A stretch of DNA of 64,000 nucleotides from Nemertoderma westbladi. Its lineage: Eukaryota > Animalia > Xenacoelomorpha. The notes under the pieces are model-generated. The model had not been told where the DNA came from, did no database searches, and saw only the letters and a program-made list of their open reading frames with translations. The stretch lies in the NCBI GenBank assembly GCA_032718475.1, contig JAUCBJ010007166.1, forward strand, positions 74,525 through 138,524. The letters are read 5' to 3'. Both the position numbers and the translations under genes were made by a program. This document shows, piece by piece, positions 58,432 through 64,000 of this stretch. How positions within the stretch are numbered: position 1 is the first letter of the stretch; every line of letters starts with the position of its first letter.

Positions 58432-60862
58432 TAATTATTTATTACTTGGGAAAAAAAGTAGAACTTTACTTTCACTATTTTCGAGGCATTTTATATACCG
58501 AGCGGTAGCGAGGTTAATATAGAGTCGAGGGAATATTGAACTACTTTTTTTCCCGTAATTTTATTCTCAAAATTCTAAATTTAATAAATCATTATTAATA
58601 TTACATTTAGCTGAAGCATTAATAGTGCAAATCAATATAATATAAAACTAAAAGTAATATTGTAAAATACGATACATTGAACATTGCGTTAGAGTATGCT
58701 ACGGCAAAGGCTACTGACCGGGCCCTAATCCCCAAAGAGTCCACCAGGGGATGGGCCAGCAGTTGCCAGGACAGACGCCGTTAATAAATTATTTAATTAT
58801 TAAAAATTATTTATTGGTAAAATTATTTAATAAAACAGAACATTATAATGTTACAAAATAATTTGAGCAGTAGTATTTTACCATATTGCTTCCATAGATT
58901 CTGCAATTCAAATTACTAAAGTAACCAATAGGATTGCATTGATTTACTTTTTTCCCGGCAAAAAAAAGTAAATTAAATTATTTTTGGTGGAATTTCTTAC
59001 ATTTTATTACATGTGTATCGAAGTAGAAAAGGTACGGAACTCAATACCCAATATTGGTTTATGTTGTTAAGCGGCTCCCTAGTTACGTAATAAATATTCG
59101 AGAACACTAAATTACTTAACATTGAATAAAGTAGAGCATCAGGACAGTAATTATGGAAGCAATATAGTAAATTACTACAGTTCAATTTAATTTGTAACAC
59201 TATATCGTTCTATCTTTTATTAAGGTGGGGGGGGGGGGGGGGGGGGGGGTTCACTAATTCAGAAACAAAGTCGATTTTTCAATTACAATACCCTCTAGTG
59301 CAGATTTTTATGAGGATTTCAAAACTTCAAACCGTCTGTTAATAGCTAATGTAGTTCAAAGGTTATGAGTGAGTAATGTTAACCTTACTCTGTGTAAGTG
59401 TCTGTGAAAAGTGTCTGTCTGGGATTGTGTTTCTGTCAGTTTGTCTGTCAAAATATAACAAAAGCTTTCATTTTAGCTAAAAGTTTTGTAATGGGGGTTT
59501 TCATGGTCGCTGATATCATTCCAAACGTCAATTTTCACTTTTAACGAAAACTATTATATCTTTATGTCTGTCTGTCAGGCGTCTGTCCGTCCGACAATCT
59601 GTCTGTCAAATTAATAAGGACATCATACCATCAAGCTAAAACTTTTTCGTTGTGGTTTTCCTGGTCGCTGATTTCAATTCCGATGTCAGTTTTCATATTT
59701 AGAGAAGTATATTATCTGTCTGTCGGTCTGTCTGTATGTCCGTCTGTCTGTCTGTCAAAATTTAAGGAAAGCATTCCACCAAGCTAAAAGTTTTGTTATG
59801 GGGGTTATCCTGGCTGCTGATTTCATTTCCGACGTCAGTTTTCACTTTTAACCAAACCTACTATGTCTGTCTGTCGGTTTTTCTGTCTGTCCAGCGATCT
59901 GTCTGTCAAAGTAATAGGAAAGCATACCAACTAGCTAAAAATTTTGTTATGGGGGTTTTCATGGTTGGTGATTTCATTTCCGATGTCAGTTTTCATGTAT
60001 TACGTCATCAACATTGTCTGTTTGTCTGTTAAGCTGTCGGTCATATTTTGACGGACAGACCGACATCAATTCAGACAGACATGACGCAGTCAAATGAGAA
60101 AACTGACTTCAGAAATGAAATCAGCGACCCGGAAAACCCTTGCAACAAAATTTGCAGCTGGGTTGTGTGCATTCTAACATTTGAATTAATTAAATTACCC
60201 TAACGATAAACTTTAAATGCGTTTTCTGAAGAATGCAAATTTTAAATTTCAAAATACAAAGGCTTTTCTAAAAATGAACGAATTCGTGTGAAATTTGGCA
60301 CAAATGATGACTGGGTGATGCTTAACACCTCCTATTACCGTTTTTTTAATTTTCTAGTTGAAATATTTAACAAAATGTTCAATTTTTGGCCAAAAATGGC
60401 GAAATCTGTCAAAAATCCGGCAAAAAAATCGGGTTTTTTTAATAATTTTTGAACAGAATCATTTATCAAAATTCTGGTAATAGGATCGATTCACGATGTC
60501 ATTGTGCACAAATGATGAAATTTTGGGCACTTGATGACAATCCCTTTAAAAGCCTTTGCATTTTAAAAAATAATAGCATAAATTATGTTAATAGATAATT
60601 AAAAATTTTTGAAACTTTTTTCCACATACATACACCCATATTTATACAAGTGTGCAAAACATCAATTAATTTGGATAAAATCCTGTCTCCTAAATAAGAG
60701 GTTGACATTTTTTAGTTAATTAGTGAACCCCCCTCAAGGAATTTTACCAATTTAAGAATAAAACTACGGGGAAAAAAAGGGGCCTTGCGCTCGGTAAATA
60801 AAATGCCCCAAGTATAGTGAAAAAAAGTTCTACTTTTTTACCATGTAATAAAAAATTATTGT
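58432..60862. mobile_element. Old inverted-repeat element with a nested insertion
   Basis: 58432-58575 is the diverged reverse complement of 60750-60862 (AAAAAAGTAGAACTTT...TACCGAGCG and CGCTCGGTA...AAAGTTCTACTTTTTT). Confidence 0.55.
59224..60733. mobile_element. Non-autonomous DNA element with GG ends and TTAA-like flanks (Kolobok-like)
   Basis: TIR GGGGGTTCACTAATT / AATTAGTGAACCCCC; flanks TTAA and TCAA; internal ~150-bp TCTG-rich repeats. Confidence 0.55.
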
Positions 60863-60977
60863 TACACTTAATCGACTATCACTCACTATGGTCGGCATGA
60901 CCATAGTATTAAATTACTTGTTCTAGAATAATGAATGCGAAAAATATTGTTCTAGCTAGATAGAGGAATGTAGAAGC

Positions 60978-61946
60978 TCAAACGCATCGCCATAGAAACA
61001 GACAGGAATCGTCCCCTCCGGCGCTGACCAGGTATTTATCGTTGTAGGTAAACCGAACGTTAGTAACGTGAGCCGAGTGTCCAACGAACTTATTGTACTT
61101 GGCGCCGCGTTCGACGCACGGAAACTCGAAGAGTTTAACCTGCCCGAAATCATCCCCGCTCGCTACGCTCTTCCCGTTGTGCGACACGTGGGCGGTGTTA
61201 ACGTCCGCGCTGGCGGCCTCCTTGGGCCAGACACCGAGAACCTCCTTACCCGCGACCGAGGTCCAGGAGGCCCAGACCAACCCCTGCAGGACAACCTCGT
61301 CTACTACCGGGGCCCCATCCGGCACGCTAAACACACTGTGAGTGTAAGTCCCCGTAGAAACCCGAATAAACTTCGAATCCGTAGAGAAATCTAAGGAAAG
61401 AACGTGACTGGGGATTCCTTTACAGTAGCCGGCGCGATGCAATGAACCCCCGCCCCGTTGTATATCGTAGATATCCACGGCTTTATCCTGCGAACCTGCG
61501 GCCAAGTAACGACCGTCCGGAGAGAAGCGAACATCGTTAATCCTACCGTCCCGCTCCCTCTTGCGACCCCAGACGACGAGACCCTGCGCCGCCGATAGGA
61601 CCAGCAACTCCCCGGTGCCCAGCCCCACAGCCACCAGTTCCCCGTCGGGGCTCCAGGCGGCGCTACGAGCCGGGGCGCCCACCTCCACCCGGGTTAACAT
61701 CCGCTTACCGGCCGCGTCCCAGACCCGGACCGAGCGGTCGTCCGACGCGCTCACGAACCAGTCCCGAGTCGCGTGCGTCGCGAGACCCCACATCTCGCCT
61801 TCGCAATGACCGTGTAACAACGTGGTGACATCCCCTTGTTTCTCTTTCACCTCGTAAATATCGGAATCTCGCGTTCCAACTATAATCTTACCGCGACATC
61901 GGGAAACCGATTTGACAACCTCGACTTCACCGTTCTCAGACACGAC
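60978..61946 (-). CDS. EML6: EML5/6-like WD40 protein, last coding exon
   Basis: [61 protein letters not shown]; acceptor TTTTCAG ending at 61947. EML5 and EML6 cannot be told apart here. Confidence 0.92.
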   Translation of the reverse strand, partial: VVSENGEVEVVKSVSRCRGKIIVGTRDSDIYEVKEKQGDVTTLLHGHCEGEMWGLATHATRDWFVSASDDRSVRVWDAAGKRMLTRVEVGAPARSAAWSPDGELVAVGLGTGELLVLSAAQGLVVWGRKRERDGRINDVRFSPDGRYLAAGSQDKAVDIYDIQRGGGSLHRAGYCKGIPSHVLSLDFSTDSKFIRVSTGTYTHSVFSVPDGAPVVDEVVLQGLVWASWTSVAGKEVLGVWPKEAASADVNTAHVSHNGKSVASGDDFGQVKLFEFPCVERGAKYNKFVGHSAHVTNVRFTYNDKYLVSAGGDDSCLFLWRCV

Positions 61947-62004
61947 CTGAAAATTGAGATTTAGTTTAAATGTAATAATATATGTCTTCAACTGAAGTAG
62001 GTAA

Positions 62005-62397
62005 ATGGCCCATACTGAAGAACACACAGGTTCCATCATGTAGATGAGTACAAAACAAAGACCAAGTAACATGAGTTAACTTTCCTTTATTGTTTTGATT
62101 CCCCCAACACGCCTCTGTAACCTGCTCCTTTACTAACCTGCTCCTTTAAATGGCAATGGGACCTAACGATCTTTGGGACCTATACAAAACAAAGAGGTAA
62201 AGTCGCGTTAGGTCCCAAAGAGCGTTAGGTCCCAGTGCCATTAAAATGAGCAGGTTAGTAAAGAAGCAGATTACAGAAGCGTGTTGGGGAACCAAAACAA
62301 TAAACGAAAGTTAACAGATGTGTTTTGTACAGGTCTTGATTATTTTGTCTTTGTTTTGTACTCACCCTCCCTGATGTACAAAGTAATATTGGGCATA
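62005..62397. mobile_element. Palindromic MITE-like sequence inside the EML intron
   Basis: GTTAACTTTCCTTTATTGTTTTG...GGGACCTAAC mirrored by GTTAGGTCCC...CAAAACAATAAACGAAAGTTAAC; outer GAGTACAAAACAAAGAC / GTCTTTGTTTTGTACTC. Confidence 0.75.
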
Positions 62398-62419
62398 TAA
62401 AAAAATTTATTTAACTGAC

Positions 62420-64000
62420 CTGAAACGATCGACTTCTCTTCATCTCTTGGTCCCAGAGCTTTACGGATCCGCCTTCCCCTTTCGTCTTCTCCTTACCTCC
62501 GGTAACAATGAGGCCGTCGTTGATCGTGGTGAACATACTGAACACGGGGCCGGAATGCGCCGCAGCCACAACCCGCTCCAGTTTAGCGTCTCGCCACGCG
62601 TAAACCTCGCCGCTCATCGCGCCCGTGAAGGTGAGCCCTTCGGCCCCAAACGCCACGGAGAGCATGGTGGGTAGCTTACCGCCCCGCGGGCAGACACCCT
62701 TACTCCCCGCGAGATGGCCGCCAACTAGCGACCAGAACTTAACGTGTTTAACCCCGACGGTCACCAAATTCGTGTCGGAATCGGGTCGGAACGCCGTCGC
62801 GAACACCCTCCGCTCGGAGCACCGCGCCGTGGCGACCCGCGTCCCGTCCTGCCAGCGCCACACCGCGAGGCTGTGGCTCTCGTCCAACCCAACCGAGGCG
62901 AGGAGACGCCCGCTACTGCTGAAATCAACGGAACAAACCCCTTTACTATGGAAACCGCGGATAACGGAGAGGGTCTGCTTGGAGTTGGCGTCCCAGACAT
63001 CGATCTGCGGGTTGGACAAACCGATTTGTCCAGAAGCGACAACTCCTTTGAACTTCGGATGCTGATTAACTGTGAGACATATTATATCGTCTGTGTGGTC
63101 TAAGTAGAAGGATTGAACGCCTTTCTCGATGTTATAGACAATGCCGGCGCCAGCCGCATGGAAGACGATATCAGCACCGTCGTTGATATAATGTAGATTG
63201 TTTCGGCAATCGAAGGCGCGATAACCGAATATAAACTCGAGCTCGAGGTTGGACACGGCGGTGGCTCGCCGTTTACGGGCGTCGGAGTCGTGGACACTCT
63301 TCACTTTGGGGACGACATTTACCGTCCGAGTGAACCCCCCTTCGTCCGGGAGCTGGTCGTCCGGAGGGGGTCCGGACGCGTCCCGGACGTTGGTCGCGTA
63401 GGTTTTAGTCGCGTAATCTATCGAGGTCTCCACGGCGACGTCGGAATCGTAGCCCTCCTCCTCGCTGTCCGTGTCGCTGTCGTCCGAGTCGCCGGTACCC
63501 TCAGCGGCCGCACGATGGCGCCACAACGCCAACGAGGTGTCGGCCCCGCCCACCGAACCCAACAAGGCGTCGTCGTGACTCCACCGTATGTTAGTCACGT
63601 GCGCGCTGTGACCCGGGTACTTCTTGAATTTCGCCAACTTCCCTTTGGCGGGGAAAGCGAAGAGTTTAACAAAACCGAAATCATCAGCGGTCGCCAGGGT
63701 CGTCCCATCGCCACTTAAATGGGCCGCATTCACATCCGTGACGTCACTCTTTACCGGCCAAATCCCCTCGCACTGGTTACCCAACACGGCAGTCCAACTA
63801 TCCCATTGAATCTTATCAATCTCACTCGCTTTCAACGTCTGTCTGCTCCCTCTCGGCGCCTCGAAGAACAACTGCTCCTTAGCACCGGAGTTTACCATCA
63901 ACAACTTACCGCGGGAGTCCCAGTCCACGTGGGTGATGTAGCTACTCGCCCCCTTACAGATACCCACGCGTTCGCCCTTCAACACAGAGTAAATATCGAC
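62420..64000 (-). CDS. EML6: EML5/6-like protein, long penultimate exon (continues beyond window)
   Basis: Frame open to the window edge ([28 protein letters not shown]); HELP motif [20 protein letters not shown]; acidic [18 protein letters not shown] linker; donor CAG|GTCAGT at 62420/62419. Confidence 0.93.

Noticed and set aside
61947-62072. N-terminal hydrophobic 'signal peptide' of ORF 60978-62072
   Set aside because: It lies in the intron; EML homology starts after the acceptor at 61947.
61068-63809. Antisense and alternative-frame ORFs over EML (and similarly over ZDHHC, gag and LINE ORF2)
   Set aside because: Expected shadows of GC-rich or long coding sequence; no recognisable motifs.

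Overview
AT-rich, repeat-dense animal (invertebrate-like) genomic DNA. 1-19013 is a cluster of one BEL/Pao-type LTR retrotransposon family. It holds the 3' part of a + strand copy (LTR 2878-4152), a decayed integrase fragment, a complete minus-strand copy (5871-18627) and a further partial LTR. The complete copy has two apparently identical 1202-bp LTRs, gag plus protease, no RT or integrase, and an extra 3' ORF. It lacks a tRNA primer-binding site; the 12 nt next to the 5' LTR are instead exactly complementary to a 12-mer inside the LTR, in the geometry of Tf1-type self-priming (top finding). A (CCCTGTT/CCCTGTC)n satellite (24617-37900) is interrupted by an intact two-ORF LINE with a 2A-like motif. 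The rest has decayed RTE-like LINEs, SINE-like and MITE-like repeats, a Foldback/Mutator-like element with a 9-bp TSD, and minisatellites. It also has three intron-poor host genes: a DUF3105/TP53I13-like gene, ZDHHC14-like, and the 3' end of EML5/6-like, whose one visible intron is bounded by a 9-bp direct repeat. All family assignments come from motif recognition by eye, not database searches.
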